From positions 192,001 to 256,000 of the forward strand of contig JBFMAF010000036.1 in NCBI GenBank assembly GCA_040755995.1: a DNA stretch of 64,000 nucleotides, read 5' to 3'. The notes under the pieces were generated by a model. It ran no database searches. It was not told where the DNA came from and saw nothing but the letters and a program-made list of their open reading frames with translations. The DNA comes from Acidobacteriota bacterium (GTDB lineage Bacteria; Acidobacteriota; CAIWXX01). Position numbers and translations under genes: made by a program. Below, in pieces: positions 17,463 through 29,100 of the stretch (its first letter is position 1; every line of letters begins with the position of its first letter).

Positions 17463-19820
17463 ATGGAAAAGAAGCAACAAGTGGCACCTGGTTCTCGTGC
17501 CTCATCTCCGACGAGCGGCATTCCGCGCGACGCGCGTGTGGAAGCCTCCCGCCTGCAGACCCGCCGGCCGAGGCGCCCGGCGGCGATACGATGGGCATGT
17601 CCCGTCCCGCTGCTCGCACTGGCCTGGTTCCTCTCGGTTCTCCAGGTGCGCGCCGGCGACGTTCCTCAGAAGTACAGTGTGCCCGCTCAGCCTCTGGCGA
17701 CGGCGCCTATGATCGACGGGCGTCTGGATGATCCCGTTTGGACGAAAGCCACTGCACTCTCGGATTTCACCCAGTACGAACCAATCGAGGGGGCGCCGGC
17801 ATCGGAGAAGACCGTCGTCACACTCGGCTATAACGAGAATACTTTCTTCCTCGGAATCCGCTGCTTCGACTCCCAGCCCGAACGCCGCGTCGAGAAGCAG
17901 ATGCAGAGAGACGGGGACCTCACGTTCGACGACTTCGTCGAGATCATCATCGACACGTACCACGACCGGAGAAACGGCTTCCTCTTTTCGGTCAACGCAC
18001 TGGGCGCGAAGCTCGACGGAATGGTTCGAAACGAAGGCGAGGAGATCAAGACGGAATGGGACGGGGAATGGGAGTGCGTGACCACACGCGATGACCAGGG
18101 CTGGAACGCCGAGATGGCGATTCCGTTGAGCACTCTCAGGTTTCCGACGAAGGAGCCGCAGGCGTGGGGGATCAACATCATGCGCTATCTGCCCCGCAAC
18201 AACGAGAAGCTGTTCTGGAAGCCGCTCACGCGCGCCGACGGCTACAACTACCGGTACCGCATCTCGGCCTACGGCGAGATCACAGGGTTGCAGAACTTGA
18301 AGTCTGGAAGGCGATTCCTCGTGTCGCCCTATGTCACGGGCGTGGCGGCGAATGAGAGCCATCTGCCGTCGGAGCCCGCGTTCAACGGCGGCATCGATCT
18401 CAAAGCCAATCTCGCGTCCAATCTCGTCGCGGACTTCACGTACCGGCTCGACTTTGCCGAGGCCGAGGCGGATCTCAGGCAGATCAACCTCAGCCGCTAT
18501 CCTCTGTACCTCCCCGAGAAGCGGGAGTTCTTCACCGAATCATCGGACATGTTCTACTTCGGCGACCGCCCGGAACCCTTCGAGCTCGCTCAGCGGGAGA
18601 AGTTCAATTTCTTCTTCAGTCGCAACATTGGGTTGACCCCCGACGGCAGACACAAGATCCCGGTTATCGGAGGCGCGAAGGTGACCGGCAAGCTCGGGGG
18701 CACCACTATCGGGTTTCTGAACCTCACGACCGATGCCGCAGCGATCCCTCCGATCGGCGGCGAGGACGCGTACGACGTCCCTCGGACAAACTACGCCGTC
18801 CTGCGGATGCGCCACGATGTCTACTCGAAGTCGAAAGTCGGCCTCATCGTTCTGAACAAGGACGCATCCGGCGACGAATACAATCGCGGCTTCGGCGTCG
18901 ACGGCGACTTCGCCCTCGGCAAGAACTTCACCGTCAGCGGGTTCCTGGCTGCGACTTCCACCCCCGACCTGCGCGGTGAAGACCGCGCCTGGGCAGTCGA
19001 TACCGTCTGGGACAGCAAGCTCTTCCGATTTCGAAACATGTACACCGAAGTCGGAGAGAACTTCAATCCGGAGATGGGCTTTCTCACGCGCCCTGACATC
19101 AAGAAGTTCCATTCGAACCTGCTCATGACCAGAAGGCCCCAGTTCTGGGGGCTGCGCAAGATCAACATCGTCTACGACTTCAACTACGTGACCGACACGG
19201 AGGGACGCCTGCTCACGCAGACGAGCATCTACGAGCTTGGGTTCATTCATAACAAGGGCACTGCCGGGGTCGCGTTTCTCTTCTATGACCATCTGGAAGT
19301 CCTGCCGACCGACTGGACGAAGACGCTCGATGCGTCCTACTCCGTCGTGATTCCACGCGGATCATATCGGTACCGCAACTTCTTCATCGGTGCCGCGACT
19401 GATCGCCGCCAACCGCTCAGCGCCACAGTCTGGTTCGACAAGGGCGGCTATTACAACGGCACGCGTTTCCAGTTCCTCGTCCAGCCCATCTACCGGCCGA
19501 GGGAAGGGGTCGACACATCGATGATTCTGGACCGCCAGGAGTTCCACTTCCCCGACGGCGACCACACTACGTTGCAGATATCGGGGAGTGTCGGGCTGAC
19601 TCTCCCTCACGACACCTGGGTGAAGACTCTGCTGCAGTGGACGAGGGGCGACAACTTCGGCGCCAACGTGATTTTCAACTGGGCTTTCCTGCCGGATGCC
19701 AGCCTCTACCTCATCTACGATGGCACGCGCGATGTCTACGCCGGGACCGCAGATGTCCCAGAACAGATCGTCAACGATCGATCGTTCGTCGCGAAGGTCG
19801 CCTACAACCTCTCTCACTGA
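17463..19820 (+). CDS. CBM9-like/DUF5916-type exported protein, probable outer-membrane beta-barrel
   Basis: Signal-peptide-like segment. Motifs APMIDGRLDDPVW, GWNAEMAIPLSTLRF, INLSRYPLYLPEKREFF, FFSRNIG and NFNPEMGF, a beta-strand-rich C-half, and terminal VAKVAY. Start uncertain. Confidence 0.72.
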   Translation: MEKKQQVAPGSRASSPTSGIPRDARVEASRLQTRRPRRPAAIRWACPVPLLALAWFLSVLQVRAGDVPQKYSVPAQPLATAPMIDGRLDDPVWTKATALSDFTQYEPIEGAPASEKTVVTLGYNENTFFLGIRCFDSQPERRVEKQMQRDGDLTFDDFVEIIIDTYHDRRNGFLFSVNALGAKLDGMVRNEGEEIKTEWDGEWECVTTRDDQGWNAEMAIPLSTLRFPTKEPQAWGINIMRYLPRNNEKLFWKPLTRADGYNYRYRISAYGEITGLQNLKSGRRFLVSPYVTGVAANESHLPSEPAFNGGIDLKANLASNLVADFTYRLDFAEAEADLRQINLSRYPLYLPEKREFFTESSDMFYFGDRPEPFELAQREKFNFFFSRNIGLTPDGRHKIPVIGGAKVTGKLGGTTIGFLNLTTDAAAIPPIGGEDAYDVPRTNYAVLRMRHDVYSKSKVGLIVLNKDASGDEYNRGFGVDGDFALGKNFTVSGFLAATSTPDLRGEDRAWAVDTVWDSKLFRFRNMYTEVGENFNPEMGFLTRPDIKKFHSNLLMTRRPQFWGLRKINIVYDFNYVTDTEGRLLTQTSIYELGFIHNKGTAGVAFLFYDHLEVLPTDWTKTLDASYSVVIPRGSYRYRNFFIGAATDRRQPLSATVWFDKGGYYNGTRFQFLVQPIYRPREGVDTSMILDRQEFHFPDGDHTTLQISGSVGLTLPHDTWVKTLLQWTRGDNFGANVIFNWAFLPDASLYLIYDGTRDVYAGTADVPEQIVNDRSFVAKVAYNLSH

Positions 19821-19980
19821 CGTTCTCGATGGAGATGCGTGGTTCCGTGCTGGCGTTCAGGGAGATGCAAGGTGCATTCGGGGACGCGGGTGCGCCCGGA
19901 ACGAGCGGCCGCCTTGCGCAGCGGCCATCATCCGCGAAATGTCCGGCGCGGCCGCCGGTGTCTTGCGGGAGGATCAGGTC

Positions 19981-22900
19981 ATGAGCGCTGAGTCGTCGAG
20001 CTATGACGTGGCCATCGTCGGCATGGTCGGGCGCTTCCCCGGAGCCCATGACATCGAAGAGTACTGGCGCAATCTCTGCGACGGTGTCGAATGTATCCGC
20101 TTCTGCTCCCTGGATGAACCGCGGACGGGTGGCATCGATCCCGGAATTCTCCGGGACCCGCACTTCGTGCCTGCGGTGGCCGAGCTGGACGGGCTGGAGT
20201 CATTCGACGCGGCCTTCTTCGGGATCAGTCACAGGGAAGCCGAGCTGATGGATCCGCAGCAGCGCGTCTTTCTGGAGTGCGCGTGGCAGGCGCTGGAAGC
20301 CGCAGGATATGACGCCGAGACCTATCCGGGAGCGATCGGGGTCTTCGCCGGCGCTACCACCAGTACCTACATGCTGTTCCATCTGGCGACGAACCCGGAG
20401 GTGGCCGATTCGGTCGACCGGCTGCAGCTGCTTATCGGCAACGCCGCGGATTCGCTGACGACCCGCGTCGCATACAAGCTCAACCTGCGCGGCCCGAGCT
20501 TCACGCTCCAGTGCGCCTGCTCCACCTCGCTCGTCGCCGTCCACATCGCCTGCCAGAGTCTTGTCAACAGGGAGTGCGACATGGCCCTGGCGGGCGGCGT
20601 GTCGATCAACCTGAGCCAGAGAACGGGGTACCGCTACGTCGAAGGTTCCATTCTCTCTCCCGACGGGCATTGTCGAGCCTTCGACGACGATGCCCGCGGG
20701 ACCGTGTTCGGCAGCGGCATCGGCATCGTCGTCCTGAAGCGATTGGACGAAGCCCTGAGAGACGGCGACCACATTCACGCGGTGATCAAAGGCACCGCCA
20801 TCAACAACGACGGTTCCCTCAAGGTGGGGTATACGGCGCCGGGCGTCGACGGGCAGGCGAAGGTGATTTCGGAGGCGCTTGCGGTCTCCGGCGTGGATGC
20901 GGCTCGGATCTCTTACATCGAGGCGCATGGGACCGGCACGAACTTGGGTGACCCGATTGAGATACAGGCCCTGACGAAGGCGTTCAGGCCGTACACCCAG
21001 AAGCGGCAGTTCTGCGCGATCGGCTCGGTGAAGGCGAGCATCGGCCACCTCGACGTCGCGGCCGGCGTGGCGGGATTGATCAAGACGGCTCTGGCGCTCG
21101 AACGCGGGCTGATTCCTCCGAGCCTGCATTTCCACACACCGAGCTCGAAGATCGATTTCCTCAACAGCCCTGTCTATGTCAATGCAGCTCTCACCGAATG
21201 GCCGGCGTCAGACGGGCCTCGCCTCGCCGGCGTAAGCTCCTTCGGATTCGGTGGAACGAACGCCCACGCCATCCTCGCACAAGCTCCGCCTTCGAATCGA
21301 TGCCCGGCTGCGCGTTCCCATGAGCTGATCACCCTGTCCGCGAAAAGCCCGACCGCCCTCCGCGCGGCAGCCGCCCGGTTCGCTGAGCACTTGAAGAAGA
21401 ACCCCGGCCTGAACATGGCAGACGCCGCGTACACGCTGCACGTCGGCCGGCGGGCGTTCCCCCATCGCCATGCATTCGTCTGTCGCGACCTCGCCAGCGC
21501 CGTCGCGAGCCTGGAAGCCTTCGACCCCAGTGCCACAAACACTGTCCGCAATGTCAACCCGCCTTTCGTCTTCATGTTCACGGGACAGGGATCGCAGTAC
21601 GTCAGCATGGGTCGCGAGGTATACGACAGCGAGCCGCTGTTCCGCGAGAAGGTCGATCGCTGCCGGGAGATCCTGGAGCCGCTGATGGGGTTCGACCTGC
21701 TGACGGTTCTCTACCCCGGTGACGCAGAACGGGATGACACAGCGCGACGGCTGGATCAGACATCGAGCACGCAGCCCGCGCTCTTCGCCATCGAATATGC
21801 GATGGCATCGCTTTGGATGGACTGGGGCATCCAACCGCACTCTATGATCGGTCACAGCATCGGCGAGTACGTCGCCGCGTGCGTTGCCGGAGTGTTCTCG
21901 CTGGAGGATGCGCTGCGGGTGGTGGCAATGAGGGGCCGGCTCATGCAGACCATGCCTGCGGGTCGAATGGTGGCAATTCCACTGGCGGCCGATGCTCTCC
22001 GGCCGCTCCTGGATGGGGATCTGTCGATCGCGGCCATCAACGAGCCCGGTCGCTCGGTCGTCTCCGGCTCGGAACACGCGATCGTGGATCTCCAGCGGCG
22101 CCTGGCCGACCGGGGCGTGCAGTCGCAAAGCCTGCACACATCCCACGCCTTCCATTCGCCGATGATGGAACCGATGGTCGACGCTTTCGTGACGGAGCTC
22201 CAGCGGGTCCACCTGGGTCGCCCTCGCATTCCCTTCATCTCCAACGTGTCCGGCACGTGGATCACAGAGAGCCAGGCGACAGACGCACGCTACTGGGGCA
22301 GGCATCTCAGAGAAACTGTGAGATTCGCCGACGGCATTTCCCTGCTGTCGAAGATCCCCGATGCGCAGTTCATCGAGGTCGGTCCCGGGAGATCTCTCGC
22401 CACTTTCGCGAAGTCAAATGTCCCGGACGTACACTGCTCGCTGCGCCACCCACGCGAGACCACCTCGGATGTGGCCTTCCTCCTGCGGACCTTGGGCCGG
22501 CTGTGGCTGGCCGGTGCCCCGGTCGACTGGTCCCGTTTCCACGGACGCGAGCGTCGCCAGCGGGTGCCGTTGCCGGTCTACGCCTTCGACCAGCGACGCT
22601 ACTGGATAGAACCGGTCAAGGAAGCGCACACCCGCGCCGAGGTTCGCGCAACCGTGCCGGCCGACCCCGATTCGTCCGAGCCGGTCCTGCCGCTGGCGCC
22701 CCGCACTGCCCGGCAAGGCCAGACGTTCCATCCGCGCCCGGCGCTCTCGACGGCATACGTGGCGCCCCGAGGCGAGCTCGAGCGCGGCATTGCCGCGATC
22801 TGGCGCGAGGCGCTCGGAGTAGACAAGGTCGGGGCGGCAGACAACTTCTTCGAGCTCGGGGGCGACTCGTTGCTCGCAACTCAGGTCGCTTCCCGCTTGA

Positions 22901-23106
22901 ACAAGACGTTCGACGTTGTCGTTCCTCTGGACCAGGTCTTCGATGAGCCGACGGTAGAACACATCGCCGAGCTGATTTTGCTGGCGAGAATGGATCAGCT
23001 CGACCACGAGGCCGTCGCACAGATTCTGGCCGATACCGAGCGGGTTACCTCCCCGGCTCTGAGGCCGGCCGTGACAGGCCCTTGGGCCTCACAGGGGGAG
23101 CTATGA
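19981..23106 (+). CDS. Type I PKS module KS-AT-ACP (non-reducing)
   Basis: KS CACSTSL/HGTGT/IGH, AT GHSIG and HAFH, ACP GGDSL. RBS GGGAGG before ATG 19981. Confidence 0.95.
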   Translation: MSAESSSYDVAIVGMVGRFPGAHDIEEYWRNLCDGVECIRFCSLDEPRTGGIDPGILRDPHFVPAVAELDGLESFDAAFFGISHREAELMDPQQRVFLECAWQALEAAGYDAETYPGAIGVFAGATTSTYMLFHLATNPEVADSVDRLQLLIGNAADSLTTRVAYKLNLRGPSFTLQCACSTSLVAVHIACQSLVNRECDMALAGGVSINLSQRTGYRYVEGSILSPDGHCRAFDDDARGTVFGSGIGIVVLKRLDEALRDGDHIHAVIKGTAINNDGSLKVGYTAPGVDGQAKVISEALAVSGVDAARISYIEAHGTGTNLGDPIEIQALTKAFRPYTQKRQFCAIGSVKASIGHLDVAAGVAGLIKTALALERGLIPPSLHFHTPSSKIDFLNSPVYVNAALTEWPASDGPRLAGVSSFGFGGTNAHAILAQAPPSNRCPAARSHELITLSAKSPTALRAAAARFAEHLKKNPGLNMADAAYTLHVGRRAFPHRHAFVCRDLASAVASLEAFDPSATNTVRNVNPPFVFMFTGQGSQYVSMGREVYDSEPLFREKVDRCREILEPLMGFDLLTVLYPGDAERDDTARRLDQTSSTQPALFAIEYAMASLWMDWGIQPHSMIGHSIGEYVAACVAGVFSLEDALRVVAMRGRLMQTMPAGRMVAIPLAADALRPLLDGDLSIAAINEPGRSVVSGSEHAIVDLQRRLADRGVQSQSLHTSHAFHSPMMEPMVDAFVTELQRVHLGRPRIPFISNVSGTWITESQATDARYWGRHLRETVRFADGISLLSKIPDAQFIEVGPGRSLATFAKSNVPDVHCSLRHPRETTSDVAFLLRTLGRLWLAGAPVDWSRFHGRERRQRVPLPVYAFDQRRYWIEPVKEAHTRAEVRATVPADPDSSEPVLPLAPRTARQGQTFHPRPALSTAYVAPRGELERGIAAIWREALGVDKVGAADNFFELGGDSLLATQVASRLNKTFDVVVPLDQVFDEPTVEHIAELILLARMDQLDHEAVAQILADTERVTSPALRPAVTGPWASQGEL

Positions 23107-26100
23107 ACGATCTTCGCGCCGTCGTCAGAAACCTCTCGGCCGAGAAGCGGGACCTGCTCTGGCGGCGCCTGGCGGTGTCGTCGAACAAGGTGAGAGGCTC
23201 GCAGCCGTCGATTGCCATCGCGGCGCGGCCTCAATCAGGGCTGCTCCCACTCTCATACCCCCAGCAGCGGCTCTGGTTCCTCCATCAGCTGGATCCGTCC
23301 TCAGTGGCGTACAACGTCCCCGTCGCCGCACGGATCCGCGGCCCTCTGAACGTGGAGGCGCTAGAATGGAGCCTCAGCGAGATTGTGAGGCGGCACGAGG
23401 CGCTTCGGACAGTGTTCTCACTTGTCGACGGGAAGAGCGTGCAGATCGTCGAGCCCCCTGCTGCGGTGAGGCTCTCAGTGCGAGACGCTCGCGGACTTCC
23501 GGATGCGGAGATCACGCCTCTGATCGACGGCTTCTGCGCCGCCGAGGCGCGGCGGGCTTTCGACCTGACGAAAGATGCGATGCTCCGAGGCAGCCTGCTC
23601 AGAGTGGCAGATGAAGATCACGTCCTGCTGCTGACCGTGCATCACGTCGCGTCGGACGGCTGGTCGATGGGCGTGCTCCTGCACGAGCTCACTGCGCTCT
23701 ACGAAGCCTTTGAGCAAGGGCAGCCTTCGCCGCTGCCCGATCTTGCCGTTCAGTACGCGGACTACGCTCTCTGGCAGCAGCAGCGGGTTCGATCCGGCGA
23801 GCTCCAGACTCAGCTCGCCTACTGGAAGAGGAAACTCAGTGGGGCTTCTCCCTCACTGGCCCTCCCGACAACCTACCCCCGTCCCGAGGTCCAGACCCTG
23901 AATGGTGCCATCGCCTCCACCACCTTCCCTCCCGACCTGACCGCGTCGCTCAAAGACTTCAGTCAATCCAGAGGCGTCACATTGTTCATGACGCTGCTGG
24001 CGGCCCTCAACGTGCTCCTGCATCGGTACTCCGGCCAGGACGACATCCTGGTCGGGTCGCCCCTGGCGAACCGAAACCGGCCTGAGATCGAGAACCTGAT
24101 CGGGTTCTTCGTCAACACGCTCGTCTTTCGGACCGATCTCTCCGGCGACCCGCCCTTCGAGGAACTGCTGGCGAGAGTCCAGCAGACGACCACCGAGGGG
24201 TACGCGCACCAGGATCTGCCGTTTGAGAAGCTGGTCGAGGAGCTGCGTCCGGATCGTGACCTGAGCCGCCCGCCGGTCTTCCAGGTGATGCTCGCCCTGC
24301 AGAATACTCCACGGCCGCCGTTGGAGCTCTCTGGTCTGACGCTGGAACTCCTCGATGTCGACTGTGGCGCCGCCAGGTTCGATGTGACTTTCTTCATGGA
24401 AGACACACCGCGCGGGCTGGTCACGAAGGCCGAGTACAATACCGACCTGTTTGGCTCCGCGACCATCACCGGGATGTTGGAACATCTTCGGGCCGTCCTG
24501 GATGGAGTCCTGCGAAGACCGGATGATCGCGTCTCGCGACTGCCCCTGATGACTCCGTCCGAACGTCATCGGCTCCTGGTCGACTGGAATGACGCTCGCG
24601 CGACATACCCTTCGGATGACGGCCTGCATCGCATCGTAGAGCGCCAGGTCGAGCGCTCGCCCAAAACCGTTGCTGTGGTTCATGGCAACGAGCGACTGAC
24701 ATTCCAAGATCTCAATGCCAGGGCCAACCGGCTGGCCCGCTATCTGCGAACTCTGGGAGTCGGTCCGGAGGTTCTGGTCGGGGTCTGTCTGGGCCGCTCC
24801 GCCGACATGGTTGTCTCCCTTCTGGCTGTTCTCAAGGCCGGAGGTGCCTACGTTCCGCTCGACCCTGCCTACCCGGAGCAGCGGCTCGCGTTCATCCTGA
24901 ACGACAGCAGAGCCTCCGTGGTCATCACGGAGCAATCGATTCTCGGCGCGCTCCCGGCGCACCAGGCGCAGGTCCTCTGCCTGGATCTCGAGCTGGACTC
25001 GATCGCCTCCCAGAGCGCCGAGAACCTCACCGCTCAACCGGCGCCGCAGAACCTGGCGTACCTCATCTACACCTCCGGCTCTACCGGTACTCCCAAGGCA
25101 GTGGCCATCGAGCATCGGAGTGCGGCGGCTTTCGTGCACTGGGCCGGAACGGTGTTTTCGGATGAGGAGCTCGCGGGGGTGCTGGCGTCCACCTCGATCT
25201 GCTTCGATCTCTCGATCTTCGAGATCTTCGTCACGTTGAGCTGGGGCGGGAAGGTTATTCTGGCCGACAACGCCCTGCACCTCACGGCGATCGAATCCGC
25301 CCGAGAAGTGACTCTGATCAACACAGTTCCCTCGGCCATGGCCGAGCTCGTTCGCGCTGGGGCCGTGCCCGCCGGTGTTCGGACCGTGAACCTGGCTGGT
25401 GAACCGATCCCCAGCGAGCTCGTCCGGCAGATCTACTCGCTCGGGACAGTCACACGACTTCTCAACCTCTACGGCCCTTCTGAGGACACCACCTACTCGA
25501 CGTTCATCCCGCTGGATCGATCGGCGACACGGACTCCTCCCATCGGCCGCCCGATCGCCGGCACCCAGATCTACATTCTCGATCGTCATGGGGATCCCGT
25601 GCCGCAGGGGGTTTCTGGCGAGATCTACATCGGCGGCGAGGGCCTCGCGCGAGGGTATCTCGGGCGACCCGACCTGACCGCGGATAGATTCGTCCCCGAT
25701 CCATTCTGCGGCCGGCCCGGCGCTCGGCTGTACAGAACGGGCGACCTGGCTCGATATCTCGCCGACCGGAACATCGACTTCCTCGGCCGCATCGACCATC
25801 AGGTAAAAATCCGGGGCTTCCGCATCGAGCTCGGGGAGATCGAGACGGCGCTTGATCAACACCCAGACGTCGAGAGCTCCGTGGCCGTGCTTCGTGAGGA
25901 CGTCCCCGGGGACAAGAGACTGGCAGCGTACGTCGTCTCGCGGCCCGGATCCGCGCTGACCCCCGGCGAGCTCCGGCATTCCCTGAAGATGAGACTCCCT
26001 GAGTTCATGGTGCCATCGGCCGTCGTCGTGCTGGAAGCCATGCCGTTGACGCCCAACGGCAAGATCGATCGGGCGCGGCTGCCCGCGCCTGATCCGCAGC

Positions 26101-29100
26101 ACAACGAGGCTGTCGTGGATTACGTGGAGCCCAAGGGAGATATCGAGCGAACGATCTCGACCATCTGGAGAGAGGTGCTCCGTGTCGAGAGGGTCGGAGC
26201 GAACGACAATTTCTTCGATCTCGGCGGGCATTCGCTGCTGCTCTCCCAGGTCTACAGCACGCTGGTCAAGACACTCGGGCGGGAGATCAAGCTGCTGGAT
26301 CTCTTCAAGTTTCCCACGGTCGGGGCGCTGGCGCGACACCTGGCACAGCCGGGGGAGGCGACAGGCGCTTCGGGTGCTCGAGGCCACAGAGGTCGCGCCC
26401 GAAGGGATTCGTTCAAGCGGACGGATTTCAACGTCGCTGTCATCGGCATGGCCTGCCGCTTCCCTGGTGCACGAAACGTCCGGCAGTTCTGGCGGAACCT
26501 CTGCGGCGGTGTCGAGTCGATCTCGTTCTTCTCGGACGAGCAGCTGGCGGCCGCAGGGATCGAGGAGCCTTTTCTCCAAAATCCCAACTACGTGAAGGCG
26601 CGGGGGGTGATCGAAGACGTCGACCAGTTCGACGCTTCCTTCTTCGGGTTCAGCCCGCGCGAGGCGGAGATCACGGACCCGCAGCAGCGCCTCTTCCTCG
26701 AGTGCGCCTGGGATGCGCTGGAGGACGCAGGATGTGATCCAACGCGATTCGAGGGGGCAATCGGCGTCTACGCCGGTTCCGGAATGAACTCCTACGTTCT
26801 GAATCTCATTCAGAACAGAGATGTCGTGAACGCAGTCGGGCCCTTCCAGACGATGATCGCGAATGACAAGGACTTCCTCGCTCCGAGAGTCTCCTACAAG
26901 CTCGGCCTGATCGGGCCGAGCGTCAGCGTCCAGACGGCCTGCTCCACCTCCCTGGTCGCTGCTCACATGGCCTGCCAGAGCCTGCTTCTCGGCGAGTGCG
27001 ATGTCGCCCTCGCCGGCGGTGTCTCCATCCGAATCCCGCAGGAGTCCGGATACATCCATCAGCAGGGATCCATCTTCTCCCCCGACGGGCACTGCAGGGC
27101 ATTCGATGCGGAGGCGCGGGGCATGGTGGGCGGGAACGGCGCCGGCATCGTTGTCCTGAAACGGCTCGCCGATGCCGTGGCCGACGGCGATCAGGTCTAC
27201 GCGGTCATCAAAGGCTCGGCCATCAACAACGACGGCTCGCTCAAAGTGGGATTCACGGCTCCGAGCGTGAGCGGTCAGGCGAAGGTGATCGCCGAAGCGC
27301 TCTATGTGGCGAATGTCGACCCGGCCACGATCGGCTACGTCGAGACGCACGGAACCGGGACTGAGCTCGGCGATCCAATCGAGATCGCCGCGTTGACCCA
27401 GGCGTTTGGAGGCCGCACAGGTGTGGCTCCGACCTGTGCGATCGGTTCGGTGAAGACCAACGTCGGTCACCTGGACAGCGCCGCGGGTGTAGCGGGGCTG
27501 ATCAAGGCGGCGCTCGCGCTGCATCACAAGAAGATCCCTCCCAGCCTGCACTTTAAGACCCCCAATCCCAAGTGCGACTTCGAGAACAGCCCGTTCTTCG
27601 TCAACACGGAGCTCCGCGATTGGGACGAGTCCCGGCATCCGCGACGCGCCGGCGTGAGCTCGCTCGGCATCGGCGGAACGAACGCGCACGTAGTCCTGGA
27701 GGAGGCGCCGGCCTTCGAGCGCCGCGAGGACGCCCGTCCGCTCCAGCTCCTGACTCTATCGGCGAAGAGTGAAGCGGCGCTGGTGGACGCCTCGCTGGAT
27801 CTCGCCGCCCACCTGGGATCGGACCCCAATGCCGATCTGGCTGATGTCGCGTTCACTCTCCACGTAGGCCGGAAGGAGTTCGAATTTCGGGAGATTCTGG
27901 TCTGTTCAGATAGGGATGATGCCAGACGGGTCCTCGATGAGCTCGACACACGCCGTCTCTTCTCGGGAACCTCCTCCGAAGCGCCGTCAGTCGCGTTTCT
28001 CTTCACGGGACAAGGCGCGCAGCACGCCGGCATGGGCTGGGATCTCTACCGGAGTGAGAGGCTGTTCCGTGAGCAGGTGGACTACTGTGCCGGCCGGCTG
28101 AAGCCGCGCCTCGGCCTCGATCTGCGCACTCTTCTCTATCCTGACTCCGACGAGGACAGGAAACGGAGCTCCGAGCAGCTCCGCCAGACGCTCTACGCGC
28201 AGCCAGCCCTGTTCACAATCGAGTACGCGCTGGCGCGGCTCTGGATGGACTGGGGCATCCGCCCGCGCGCCATGATCGGGCACAGCCTCGGGGAATACGT
28301 CGCCGCGTGCATCGCCGGAGTCTTCTCGTTGGATGACGCAGTTCAGCTTGTGGCCGCGCGGGGCGCTCTCATGCAGAGCGCTCCGCCCGGAGCGATGCTG
28401 TCGCTGTCGATGTGCGAGAGGGATCTCGGATCGCTCGTGCCTCCCGGTCTCTCCATCGCCGCTGTGAACAGCCCGACTCACTGTGTTGTCTCGGGCCCGA
28501 AGGACCGCGTCGATTCGTTCCGCGAGCGGCTTGTCCACCGGAGTGTGGGATGTTCGACGCTCCACGTCTCGCACGCCTTCCACTCAGACATGATGGATTC
28601 CATCCTCGAACCCTTCGTCGCGGCCGCGAGTGAGATCCGCATGCGGCCGCCGTCGATCCCATTCGTCTCCAACCTGACGGGCAACTGGATCCAGCCGAAA
28701 GAGGCGGCTGACCCCGCTTACTGGGCGCGCCATCTCCGAAGCACCGTCCGATTCGCCGATGGTCTACGCAAGCTACTGGATGCTCCCGGCGTCCTTCTCG
28801 TCGAAGTTGGACCCGGAAACACACTGGCGGCCCTCGCAAAGGAACAGACCAAGGGGTCGTCGCACACGACAGTCCTGTCTTCTATGCGGCACCCGCTGGA
28901 TCAGCGATCCGATGTCGAGTATCTCCTGACGACGCTCGGCAGGTTGTGGGTGGCCGGCGTGCCGATCGATTGGAGCGCTTTTCATCGAGGCGAGAAGCGG
29001 CGCCGCACCAGCCTCCCCGCCTATCCCTTCCAGAGGCAACGATACTGGATTCAGCCGCCTGCGGCGCCGGCCGGAACGGCCGTCTCGCTGGACCAGCAGA

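Noticed and set aside
19696..19980. Upstream extensions of ORF-track starts (19696, 6322, 17361, 23082, 29437, 50676, 59860, 62572)
   Set aside because: Downstream starts have better RBSs, stop/start overlaps or domain boundaries.
23853..27689. 1278-aa antisense ORF (also 13433-15877, 37969-39651, 8957-10282 and many shorter ones)
   Set aside because: Shadow ORFs typical of GC-rich NRPS/PKS genes. They lie opposite clear sense-strand genes and have no domain motifs.
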